Below are positions 1 through 11,058 of a stretch of 64,000 bases of DNA, one piece after another. The stretch covers positions 350,975 through 414,974 of the forward strand of contig CAJNYD010000459.1 in the NCBI GenBank assembly GCA_905331295.1, given 5' to 3'. The notes beneath the pieces were generated by a model. That model had not been told where the DNA came from, made no database searches, and saw only the letters and a list, made by a program, of their open reading frames with translations. The position numbers and the translations under genes are program-made. The DNA comes from Rotaria socialis. Lineage: Eukaryota. Position 1 is the stretch's first letter. Each line of letters begins with the position of its first letter.

Positions 1-315
1 ATTTCACAGCATTTGAACCCAATAAAATTTGAAAATTCTAATTTTATGTAAAATGCACGTAAAATCCGAAGCATTTTTTAAAATCTTTCATAAATTCCGA
101 CTATGGTTTCAGAGAAGGCGAAAAAACTGATCTTGACTGCTGTATGGAATCAGAGGACAACTGTGTTCTTTACCAGGCAAAAATGTCATCTATCAGACCA
201 TCTACTAGCAATTGTTCCATCTCTATATATCATATTGGGATGAAAAATGAATAAAAACATCAAAATGCATTAAAAAAAATGAAAATATAAATAAAAATTG
301 TCGATATCAATGATA

Positions 316-470
316 GAGGACGGCGGCAGCTAATAAATTTTGAAATTTCGCATGCCATCGGCGACGCGGCGGTTATAATTAGAGCGCCTCAGCGGTGACG
401 GCTCAAAAAATCTTAAAATTTCCACTACCCCGGCGGCGGCGGCGGCTCAGCCCCACGGCTGACACCTCTA
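316..470. mobile_element. Terminal part of a hAT-like DNA transposon/MITE (other end not identified in window)
   Basis: GC-rich GGCGGC subterminal repeats in AT-rich DNA ending in ...GACACCTCTA (reverse complement TAGAGGTGTC, a hAT-type terminus). Confidence 0.45.
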
Positions 471-698
471 TTTGTATGTTTTCAGAAATATTTCCTTTTG
501 AATTCAGACACTGGTATACTGATATTCGAATTAAATTGAATAATATTTTTTACAGATTCAAGTTCATCTTTTAGTATTCGTTTTTTAAATGAATTCGATG
601 ATGAAAAGAAAAGAAAAAGTTTTTTCAATCTTCGCTGTAAAAAAAAGTGACAAGAAAACAATCAATTATTGTGAAAATATACATATAACATAGCAATA

Positions 699-2561
699 TT
701 AATCGATAATCATCTGATCGGCTCCATTATTATTGGCTCCACGATGCATTGGTTGTTCCGAAACATTCATCATTGCTTTGAAATGCTTAAAAAGATAATA
801 GCAGAAAAATATATTGTGATACATATGTTTTTCTTTTTATATTACTTCAGAATTTTTGAATCCAAGATAGAGTGTAAATAAAGCATTTAATGATTGAATA
901 CGTGATTCATACACAGGAATATCCAGAAGTGCTTAAGATAAGTAGAGATCAAATATATTAACGAATAATAATATTTTACATACAACATGCAATATCAGCG
1001 TATGTAGCTAAGTCTGTATCAACATCAGCAGGTGGTACCGATGTCTAGAAGAGACAGAAAATTATTTAATACACCATAATTGCTTAAAAATAATAAACCT
1101 CTTTAAGAAGTTCTTCAAATTGAACTGGCCATTCTTGCATTAAACTATCAATATCGGGCATAGGTCTATAAGAATATAAGGTCATAATTTATAAATTTAT
1201 AATTTTCTTTGTTGACAAACTTTCGATATTGAATAGTATCAACTGTCTTGGCTTTTTGTAATTTACTAATATTATGTACCCATTCTTCAATTGCTTTTGG
1301 ATTTTTGTCAGCATTTGATACACGTCTAATAGCCTATGAAGAAAATTTACGCAAGAAGAAAAATAACTCCAATAAATATCGATATTTGCATTCCGTTCTA
1401 CTCACATTTGTTAAACTTGTACTTATAGGTTGTTTGGATGTATAACGTAGTTGAAGCTTAAGAACATGTGGATCAGTTTGTCTTGATGATGGTTCATCAA
1501 GCACAGCAAGGCCAAGTGAATCTTCTTTTCCATCAGGTCGTGGTACCTTTATTGAAAAGAAAATTGCTTATTCCCGACTTGTTTTTATACGTTCATATAC
1601 TTTAAGAAAAGCATCAATGTCACCAATAGCTGGTATATATTCTGAAATAAATGGTCTTAATTTTGTATCAAGTACGATGTCTTGTGGTTGAAATCTAAAT
1701 GGAATTTAATTGGAAAAAACTTCTTGTGCAAGCGAAGAAAAGATAATCGATTACTTTTCAATACATTTAAATATATCTTTTATTTCTGCCGACACTGGTA
1801 AATCTCTATACAAGGATGGATCGTATGCATTTGGATCGGGTGCTCTATATTGTTTTTGACCACCAGCACCACCATTTAAGATTTGTGATGACGGCGGATC
1901 ATAATCTGAATCGCCTTGTGTATCATCATCCTATAGGATAAATAATGCTTTTCTAAGATTAAAAATGACATATCAAATATCATACACGCGGACTAACACC
2001 GGGACTTTCGTCTCGTTGATGATGTATTGGTGGTTCACGAGAAAATTTCGGCAGACTAGCTGGTCCATTGGAATCTGGTGCTAAAAAATTGAAATTGGAA
2101 CAATCTAAGACAAATTTAGATTCTTTGTCTTAAGTTCAAAGCAATTTTTATACAAGACAATATTTAGAAAACTATAACATATATTTTTCACAAATATTTA
2201 TTTAAATAAACCTGGAACGGTTAAAAGATTTGATCGCTTAAGGCCAGTTCTTGGTGAACCTAGGCTTTCTATATTTAAAAATCTTTTTATTCATATGAAA
2301 ATAAAAAACTTTTTAAATAAATTCACAAACCTGGAGGCCTTCGACTACCAGGCTGTGGCGTATATACACTGGCCACATCCTCTCCATCGATGACCTTTAA
2401 ACAGAAGAGAAGGTCATTTTCGTAAAACTTAGTTCATTGATTTCTTACATCCATTGATTCATCGTATATTTGATCTTGTACAACACGAATCTATATATTT
2501 CTCTAATAAAATTTAAATTTTCGTAAAATAAATCTTCTCGTACCTCTTCATCGTCGCTCAT
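699..2561 (-). CDS. IFT46: Intraflagellar transport protein 46, multi-exon
   Basis: Spliced translation starts MSDDEE (ATG 2561-2559), includes YDPSLYRDLPVSAEIKDIF, LRPFISEYIPAIGDIDAFLKVPRPDGKEDSLGLAVLDEPS and MPDIDSLMQEWP, and ends ADQMIID-TAA (701-699). Many short GT-AG introns. Confidence 0.93.
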
Positions 2562-5500
2562 TTTTTATTCTTATCTACTGAAATGAACTTAAAATTGACG
2601 ACATGCTTATTTTCCGTACTCCTAGTAATACCTCTCAGAAAAGAAAAATCTCGAACGAGAGAGAGGTCAGCACTAGATAGTTATTTGATCTGTTGATGAT
2701 GATATGAATACATCGTATATCAAGTGAAATACGAACAGCATGAACTCATGCCAATTTCAATCATTTTCATCATCATATCACTACAGGTATACGATATTAC
2801 ATAAAAGCATTCAATCTTTTTTTAGATATACTTTAGTGAGAAGACCAACAGAATATGTTGATACTATCTATCAGTAACGCCTAACAATTATTGATGTGTA
2901 TGTATATATACCATGCTGACGTACATGCAAATACTTGTTGATTACGTAGGTTTCATTCAAATTTCAATTCAACTGATCGTTATATTATGCATTCATAACA
3001 TTGCAGCAAACTGTGCCATTTTTTTTATATGTGTGTTGAAGTCAGTTTACATCGTACATTGATAAAATCAGTCAATCATACACAATTACTTTTCTTATGT
3101 AAAACTTTGCAACATATACATAAATATTGAATATTCATGCAGAACGCGTTCAGTATACATTGGAAATAGAGAATGACAAGAACGCAAAAAAATAAATTAT
3201 ATACACATAGCAGCAAGTAACTGTTTTTCTCTTTGCTATTCTCGAGAATTTTCCTATGTCTACTAGATAAACTAGTTAGAATTTGATGTGTAGTAGTTTT
3301 ATCAATTGAAATACGCGTAGATTTCGACTGATCAACAGCGTCAATTCTGAAGATGATCGCATTCAATTTACCAATAAAATTTCATCATAACTGCACAATA
3401 CAAGATAAAGCTTTTGCACGTATTATATAAATGTCAAATATTATCTGTTACATTTTATACTTTGATTTTGATAACATTATCTATTGCTTAAATTCTTTTC
3501 CCTTAATGTTAAGTTGATGATGTTGGCAACTATTAATGAAATACTGGCTAAAATTTCTGCAAATGTTTTTGAAGTATGGGTTCAATAAATTTAATTATAT
3601 CGAATTAAACGGTTACATCAACAAAAAATTTACTGCATGAGAAATATTTGCTGCTCATCAATCTCATACCAAATCGAGCGTTGTTGTTGTTGTTGTTGTT
3701 ATCATAGATTAGAGAACTATTCAATCGTAGACACTCTCGACATTGCATTATAGACAGTCTATGAACATCGATATGCTATAAGTACTGAAGCCTGTAATGA
3801 GCAAATGTAAATAGGTAGAAATTGAAATAGGATACATGTTGAACACAAAGTCGCTACACGATACGAGAAAGTTGTGCATGTTTCATCCATATTTGTGAAG
3901 TTGAAAATCTGAATTAAAAAGAAGATAGATTGAGTTTATTACAAGAAAAAACATGCGGAACAAATGAAAATAAACTGACAGCAATACAATGAGCGAACCG
4001 ATCGTTATATTTTAGAATTTATCAATATTATTCAGAAATATTTTAATTGCATCAACGCAAAATTTTAGGAGAGAATCCCTGGGGTTTATATCTCACTGCG
4101 TGAACTGAAAATAAACTCATACGATACTGCGAAGATTTTCTTCCAATCGAGTTTTGAAGTCGAATTACTGTCATCGACCTCAAGTTGCAATGTATTTCTA
4201 GATATTCGCTGATAAAATAGAATGTAGATCTGCAGATATTTGTATCGATATTTCTAATAATCTTGAAATATGTTCGCAATTTTTATCTGACAAAAATGTT
4301 GTTTTTTCAAATCGTGATATCGAATCTACACGTAATCTGGATTTTGCATCATGTTGGTGGAAGAAGAACATCCTTTTTGATTGAAACTTTGCGAGCATTC
4401 TAAAATTTCCTTAGTGAATAAATACTGACGAACTGGTTGAAATTCAATAACATAGACATTAGCAGTGTCCAAAGACATACACTGAAAAAAACTTCTTTTT
4501 TGACTTACCATGAACAAGAATAAATTATAGTGATACCTTTCATAACAATAAAATCTGATAGAATAAAACTTTTGAAGTCTTATGTAAATATTTTATAAAC
4601 TTTAAATAAAACTAATTGATCATCGAATCAAATCTTCAAAAATTGTATGATACAAACGATATTTCAAAATTAACTGTGACCAAAAAAGTTCATTTTATCG
4701 TGGTTCATTGTTAGTCAAACTGTTTGTTTTTGAATAGAGACATTCCTCACTGTACTAAATTCTCAATCATCCTTCCATAAACAAATCATTTGTTTCTTTG
4801 ATTCATCGACGCCAGATGTGTCAATGTCAACTGCAAAATTAAAACAGATCTCTGCGATGCGTCATCATAAGACAATTTAGCTTTGCATCATCATTCTAGT
4901 AGCTTTTAATATTATGCATCATGGTTAAAATTTTATAACAAATTTGGAAATAAATTATGATTCACAACTACCATGGCAACGGACTTCTGATTCAAATGTT
5001 TATATTATGTAACAAAGGTTATAATTCTGACTATGCAAAGTACAACTGAAGAGATACTTGAAATTCAAAACGATTCATAAACTAATTCAATATGAGTATT
5101 TGTTTTTTTTTCCTTTGCAAATCAATACTGTTACACGACATATTATAATAGAGAAAATTGCGTAATTTTGCAATAAATCTATCAATAGCATACATCAAAA
5201 ATAAAAATATTTGATATAAAATAAATTTCATTCGTCATCATCATCATCATCATCATCATAATAGACACGATCGACAAAATCTTAGCAACGTTTGTCAGAA
5301 TATTCAATACTTGAAAGAAAAACTAATAATATCAATACATGAGTCTATATCGCGATTTTTTAATATTTATCTCTATCCCAGTTATGCTAATATGTACGTG
5401 TCTTCATGTCAAAAGCAAATATGAACTAGCCCAATCTATGATATAGATCTTATATTTGTTATTTTTTGTTGTTCTTTTTATTTGTTACATCGAGAATCAA

Positions 5501-5896
5501 GAGTACCAGCAATATTGAGACTAACAAACAACTGTGAGAGATAGATAAAGAAGTAGAAGTAGAAGAAGAAGTAGAAAAAAACATATCAATAGAATCCATG
5601 AAACAAAGTATGAAACGATAAATTCAGTCGAATTTTTCCTATTGTCAAATGTGTTTTATCAAGACACAATTTGTTTTTTGTTTATCCGTTTTTTTATTGC
5701 CTGATATGTGAAATTCTATGAAGAGAAGAAAACGAGAAGAAAAAAAGAACAAACGCACATAATTTTTCGAGTACATGAGCTTGAAAAAGAAGAAAAATGC
5801 CAAAGATCAAAGAAAACAAACAAATGAAACGCCCTAAATTTGTTTTTTTTTTGTATTTTTTTCGTTTTTGGTTGGGATGGGGGAATGATGGGAACG

Positions 5897-5920
5897 AATT
5901 CGACACTTCGTATTCAATCC
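5897..5920 (-). promoter_or_regulatory. ODC 3' UTR element, perfect 24-nt complement of the 5' UTR element at 8803-8826
   Basis: mRNA sense GGAUUGAAUACGAAGUGUCGAAUU, about 108 nt after the stop codon and upstream of AATAAA (5698-5693). Confidence 0.7.
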
Positions 5921-6027
5921 AAATAGCCTAGAAAAGGGAATATCAGAGAAATGAACCATCATATTCGCTCATCATTTGGATGGACATATGAATAGAAACG
6001 ATATGAAGGTCTTTGTTGCTCGATTAA

Positions 6028-8753
6028 CTATTGACTCGTGACAACGGCTGCTTCTTCAATGAAATCTTCAGGTATCCATGGTAGCATATCATCTTCAACT
6101 TCATTTGAGCAATCACATGAATTCATACGCATAATACATGTATCAACTTGATGTTTACGTGGAATAAGCTGAAATGCTGCTTTTACCGAATCCCTAAGAA
6201 AGCAAAAAAAACAAAAATTTTAAAAACATATTTTTCCAAAAAACTTAAGTTTTATAGAATTAAAATTTTCCATTTCTGATTTAAAAAGAAAGATTGGCTC
6301 AGACTTCCAAAGAAGGCATTATTATTTAAAATATGACTGGCCTCACATGTGAGATATTCGAGTGGAAACTGCGTAGCGGAATAAGCATCATCACCGCCAA
6401 TCAAACTGTCCGAACCTAGATTCGAACGTAGGTTGTACTGTTTTATATCTTATTAAACAATTCAACCATATACAGTGATAAACTACGCACCAGAAATGTT
6501 TGGACATAAAGTAGATTGGTTTGCCATATGGAAGACCATTGAATTGAACAGCAGCTGATATTGTATAAGCACCCATATTTTTCCATAAAATCCAATCACC
6601 AATATTTAATTTTGGTATTTGTATAGATTTATTAATACAATCAAGACCATCACATGTCGGTCCCCAAATTGATGTTGTGTATTTTTCATTTAAATCACCC
6701 TATATAAATAGAAGAAAACAAAAATGATGAGAACAAATTTAGAGAAGTTTATTTAATAGATCAAGTTGATTAATACCAACCTTAGTCAATACATGAGGTT
6801 CGGGTACATAGTGATCATAAAGAACACAATTGAATGAACCATAAACACCATCATTGATGTAATACATATATTTCAAGTTTCCTGTTTCTATTTTACAGAA
6901 AAAAAAGGGTATTATTCAGAAAGTTTCTCTAGTAAGAACTTCAGCAGAATAAACTCAGATTTTTAGATTGAGATAGCAATAAGATTATTTCTAACATTCA
7001 CAGAGATGATTAAGTTCTATGAACTGCAATTTAGATTTGATCGGTAAAGAGAATGAAATTTATTTTCATAAACATAACATTAACAATTCGATCCAATGTA
7101 TCGGTACTTGAAAATTGTACAGATTTTCAAAACAAAATATAATAAATTATCAATAAATATTGAAAGACAAAATTTTTATTTCGTGCAAGAAAATTAGTTT
7201 TCTTCATTGTTACTGTCAAAATTTGCAAGCTCAACAATGACTCATTTTTATTTAACAAGTAGTCTCTCAACTATTGCTGTTAACTTCTATTTATTAGGAT
7301 TAATTTTTCTGAAATAAAGCGTTAATTTTCTCTCAATTGAGTTATTTTTCTTTAATCACATAGGATTCATCAATCTATTTAAATACATTTTCGATCGTAT
7401 AATTTGATATCTCTTTCGTAGCAATCAGACAGTTTGTTTCTGCATCATAATCGATATCTTTTTTGGGTATTTACAAAAGAAAGCTCAATAATATATACTT
7501 TCCATTACGAATAAACTAACCTGAATCGACCATTTCTCGTAAAGCAATTACATTTGTTGCTAATGCATAAGCTGAAGCAACGTAATATCGACCTGGTTCA
7601 GCTATGATTTTAATATGACCATCATCAGGAAAATGTTCCTCAAGTGCTTGATTAACAGCTACTGAAATTTCAGTAAAATAATCTTCAGTTCCTGTATTTC
7701 CAGGAAAACCACCACCAATATCAAGTAAATGCATATCAAATCCTAATTTGTTTCCATAGTTCATAATCATGCGAGCATTTTGAATAGCATCAACGAATGC
7801 GTTGCTTGTCATTTGACCACTACCGCAATGAAAACTAAAAAAAAACACAGAACGAAATGATACAGTAATTCATTGGGCATTATTATACCTGACGCCAATG
7901 ATTCTCATGTCAATTTCTTGAGCTTTATCAATTAATTTACGTGCTGTGTTCATGTCAGCACCAAATTTCATTGAAAATCGGCAAACAGCATTTGAATCAT
8001 CCGTTACAATACGTAAAACAAGTCTAACAAAAGAAATATAATAATAATTTCTCGAAACACATAAATATCTACATACTTAGCATTTGGATATATCTGCTTA
8101 ATTTTCATTAATTCTTGTTCATTGTCGAATGTCATAATTTCAACACCAACTTCTTGAGCATACCGTATGTAAGATGATTGCTTGCATGGATTAGCATAAA
8201 TGATACGATCGGCTATTAAAAAAGCAACGATATAACAGATTAAATATTAAAATAAAAAATAATTTCTTACCTGACGCTCCTAAATCCATAACTTTTTTAA
8301 TTTCTCCCTAAAAAATGAATTCATAAGATTATTTTCAAGAAAAGATAATTAAAATCAATTTACTTTGCTTGCACAATCAAAACCAGCTCCAAGATAGGCA
8401 AGAAGTTTGATAACATTGATATCATCATTACATTTAACAGCTAAGTAAAGAAAGAAAAACATAATAACTCTATATTGTCTGAATAAAAAAATTATAATAA
8501 ACTAACCATAATGTGGTTTAACACGAGGCATTAAAGTAATCCAACGAATATGTTTATTGCACACATCTTCAAGATCGACAGCATAAAACGGTTCGACTTC
8601 ATCTTTCTAAAATATATTGAAGATAGTTATTAAATATAAGCATACTTTTGCTTTTAATGATATTACAAGTAGATCGATTTTCTTTTGGATGAATTCTTCA
8701 GCTGTATATTGATTTTTAGTAACAACAATTGAATTATCTTTAATTAGATGCAT
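6028..8753 (-). CDS. ODC1: Ornithine decarboxylase (PLP fold type III), catalytic residues intact, multi-exon
   Basis: Starts MHLIKDNS (ATG 8753-8751). Motifs PHYAVKCND (PLP lysine), [58 protein letters not shown] (catalytic Cys), NMGAYT. The last exon ends VVTSQ-TAG (6030-6028). Confidence 0.96.
6292..6402 (-). ncRNA. SNORD14: U14 (SNORD14) box C/D snoRNA in the last ODC intron
   Basis: 7-bp terminal stem GAUUGGC/GCCAAUC, box C GUGAUGA (6394-6388), box D CUGA (6302-6299), U14 domain A-like CGCAGUUUCCAC (6373-6362) and domain B-like CCUUCUUUGGAAGU (6316-6303) directly before box D. Same strand as the host gene. Confidence 0.88.
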
Positions 8754-8802
8754 TTTTATTTTCTAATTAGAAGAAACTAGTTTGAAAGAGGGACTGCTGA
8801 TA

Positions 8803-8826
8803 GGATTGAATACGAAGTGTCGAATT
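8803..8826 (-). promoter_or_regulatory. ODC 5' UTR element, perfect 24-nt complement of the 3' UTR element at 5897-5920
   Basis: mRNA sense AAUUCGACACUUCGUAUUCAAUCC, starting 1 nt after a leader-intron acceptor and ending 49 nt before the main AUG. Confidence 0.7.
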
Positions 8827-8936
8827 ACTATAAATATTAAAATGATAATTGAATTAAAAAAGAAAAGAAATTGTGATTTAAACTTACGTCGACGATAAAA
8901 GGGAGTTGTTCAGCGATTAAATTCCAATGGCGGGTG

Positions 8937-9145
8937 CTAGCGAAGTGGACCCGGCGTCCAAGGAAATTCAGGCAAGACAGATGATGAACAATCGTGTACC
9001 AATAACAAACAGAAACTTTGATCAGTTAAGTCCTAATGAATTTTGTAGCAAAACGAAAATTATAAATTTCATAAAAAACTAATTTGCAACAAACCTTAAT
9101 TGAAGCACCCCACCCTTTGTCGTCGATACTAGCTTTGGACAATAT
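8937..9145 (-). CDS. Non-AUG upstream ORF (uCC-like regulatory peptide) in the ODC 5' leader, two exons
   Basis: After removing a 62-nt GT-AG intron (9094-9033): ILSKASIDDKGWGASIK|DLTDQSFCLLLVHDCSSSVLPEFPWTPGPLR-TAG, about 48 codons from AUA (9145) or one fewer from UUG (9142). Resembles the AZIN1/ODC uCC (LSDQ...EPPWEPS). No AUG in the spliced leader. Confidence 0.8.
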
Positions 9146-9530
9146 TTTCGGTGTCTTGCGAAAGACGAAAAGAAGTAACCTCCCACTTGATTACACACAA
9201 AAAGTGACTGTAAACTTTTGTATGTGTATTTGTGTTATAGAAACGGACGATAGTAGTCAGACGAAATATGTTGCAGATCAAAAGTAAAATTTGCAATATA
9301 CGTCGAAAGCGAAAATGAGACTATAAAAGAGAGAGAAAAAAATTCAGATATAAAGTAGAGAAAGACGCATCGAGAAAAGACAGAAACAAAGTATAGAAGA
9401 TTAGTAGTGACAATATTGTATAAGAAATAATTTTACAGTTGTCTATTATTTTATTTTTCTGTATAAATGATAACGTTTTTAATCAAAATAAAAAAACTAG
9501 TCATGTCAAGAAGTTGACTTGAGGCTTATA

Positions 9531-9596
9531 ATGACGCATGACGTATAGCGGTTGTTGGATATAAAAATGATAGGATAATGGCGGGCAAAAGCCAAT
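9531..9596. promoter_or_regulatory. Candidate ODC proximal promoter motifs
   Basis: Tandem ATGACG CRE/ATF-like half sites (ATGACGCATGACGTA), a GC-rich GGCGGGCAAAA and a CCAAT clustered about 300 bp upstream of the leader exon. Motif matches only. Confidence 0.25.
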
Positions 9597-10702
9597 AGAA
9601 TTTTTTTCCTTTTTTCTACTACAGTAAAATCTGTCATTCTTATCGTTTTTAGTTAATTGTTTTTAACATAAATGAATAAAAGAAAATTTTGAAAAATTTT
9701 GAGTTCTTTTCGAACTCGGCGATATCCTAGACACCAATTGGTCTAGCTAACAAGGTACATAATTGTTTGTATGTATCACTTAGCTATAAGAATACTTATA
9801 TAATCGAATCGTAGGCGTTTTTCAATAGACCAAATCAAGTTCTTTTCTATGAATGTTATAATCCTGTAGGAATGAACATAATTCCTACAGGAGAAAACAT
9901 TGTCATATACAATATAAATATAAATCGAAAATAGTTTTAAAATTAAATAATATTCCTTGAAGCATGTCTAGCTTTTCTTTAAACTGCAATTGGGCAAACA
10001 AAGATCAACATCCATAACTCGTATACTCATTGCATAAACCTATATGTATACGCGTTGAATATTCTATCAATTAATGTTTTCTGATGATGTCTGCATTATC
10101 GAATATTTTAATAATAAATATTGAAAATATTATTGTCAATTATCATCAATAATTATTAATTGATCGATTTTATCCTTCTCGTCAACAATCCATCGTTTTA
10201 ATTTTTTTTATATATGTTCCATCATGGCTGATCTTATTTCCCAAAAAAGACTAAAAATCTTAACTATTACTTACAGATTACACTATGCTTTTGCTAGTTC
10301 ATTTTGTATTTTAGATGAACTCATTCGCTTTCAATATTCTGCGTGTTTTTATTGAAAAAAAAACAGAAAATATAATATTTGCATACCGTTTGTCTATAAA
10401 TGGCACTTAGCAACAACGCAAATAAATTAGAAAAAACACTTCATTTATCTATTTGTTACTGTTGTATGTAGAAAAACAAAAGAAAGCAGGATGTTGTTTC
10501 TTTGCTAGTTATTACTTTTGAAAAGGGAAAAACACTTAATTTCACTCGCATAGTCAAATACAAGAAAATTTGTTTCTGTTATTTTACATAAGTATGATCA
10601 CATGAATTAATGCTCACTATAATTTATTGGAGCTTTGACTCTTCTTCTCATCTACTTGGTGATATAGAATGTTCTAATTTACATCTATTTTACAAGTTCT
10701 TG

Positions 10703-10927
10703 TTTGAAAAAAAATGATTTACCTTCTAAGAATGGTGCAATAATTATGAAATAGAATAAGAATAAATTCCTGTGGATAGGCGGCGGACCCCTTAGGCTTG
10801 GGGAGGCTCATTTAATTTGAAAAAAATGATTTAACTATTAAGAATGATGCAATAATTATGAAATAGAATAAGAATACATCCCTGTGCATAGGCGGCGGAC
10901 CCCTTAGGCTTGGGGAGGCTCATTTAA
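10703..10927. repeat. Tandem duplication of a ~113-bp unit that includes the left end of the adjacent MITE
   Basis: 10703-10815 and 10816-10927 are near-identical, both containing TAGGCGGCGGACCCCTTAGGCTTGGGGAGGCTCA. Confidence 0.85.
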
Positions 10928-11058
10928 TTTGAAAAAAACGTTGTAGAAACAGATCATCTATTAGTATCAGATTTGTTTTTAATTTCATCTTTCATCATCC
11001 TTATCATATGAAAAAAATTTTGAGCCTCCCCTACATTGAAATCGTTCCGCCGCCATTG
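10887..11058. mobile_element. hAT-family MITE (172 bp)
   Basis: TIRs CATAGGCGGCGGA / TCCGCCGCCATTG with 8-bp TSD TCCCTGTG (10879-10886 and 11059-11066). Confidence 0.85.

Noticed and set aside
2741..2877. Possible small spliced ORF divergent from IFT46
   Set aside because: Requires a ~40-nt intron, gives ~33 aa with no recognisable similarity.
3076..5906. Short ORFs between IFT46 and ODC, including a ~45-codon minus-strand ORF near 3750-3890
   Set aside because: No motifs or consistent exon chain; expected by chance in AT-rich DNA.
5941..5976. AUGAUGA...CUGA (box C/D-like or SECIS-like) in the ODC 3' UTR
   Set aside because: Boxes are only ~22 nt apart with no terminal stem or guide region, and ODC has no in-frame UGA.
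6891..7518. Second snoRNA in the long ODC intron
   Set aside because: No convincing box C/D pair with terminal stem or H/ACA architecture found by eye.
6028..8753. Calling the gene an antizyme inhibitor because it has a uCC
   Set aside because: The PLP lysine (YAVKCN), FDCAS, HCGSG and GPTCD catalytic motifs are all intact, which favours an active ODC.
5897..8826. Reading the 24-bp inverted repeat as TIRs of a transposon that captured ODC
   Set aside because: No TSD, no recognisable superfamily terminus, and the ODC leader exons and polyA signal lie outside the repeat pair.
9084..9287. 67-aa plus-strand ORF from the ORF track
   Set aside because: Antisense to the ODC leader and uCC, starts at TTG, no recognisable protein.
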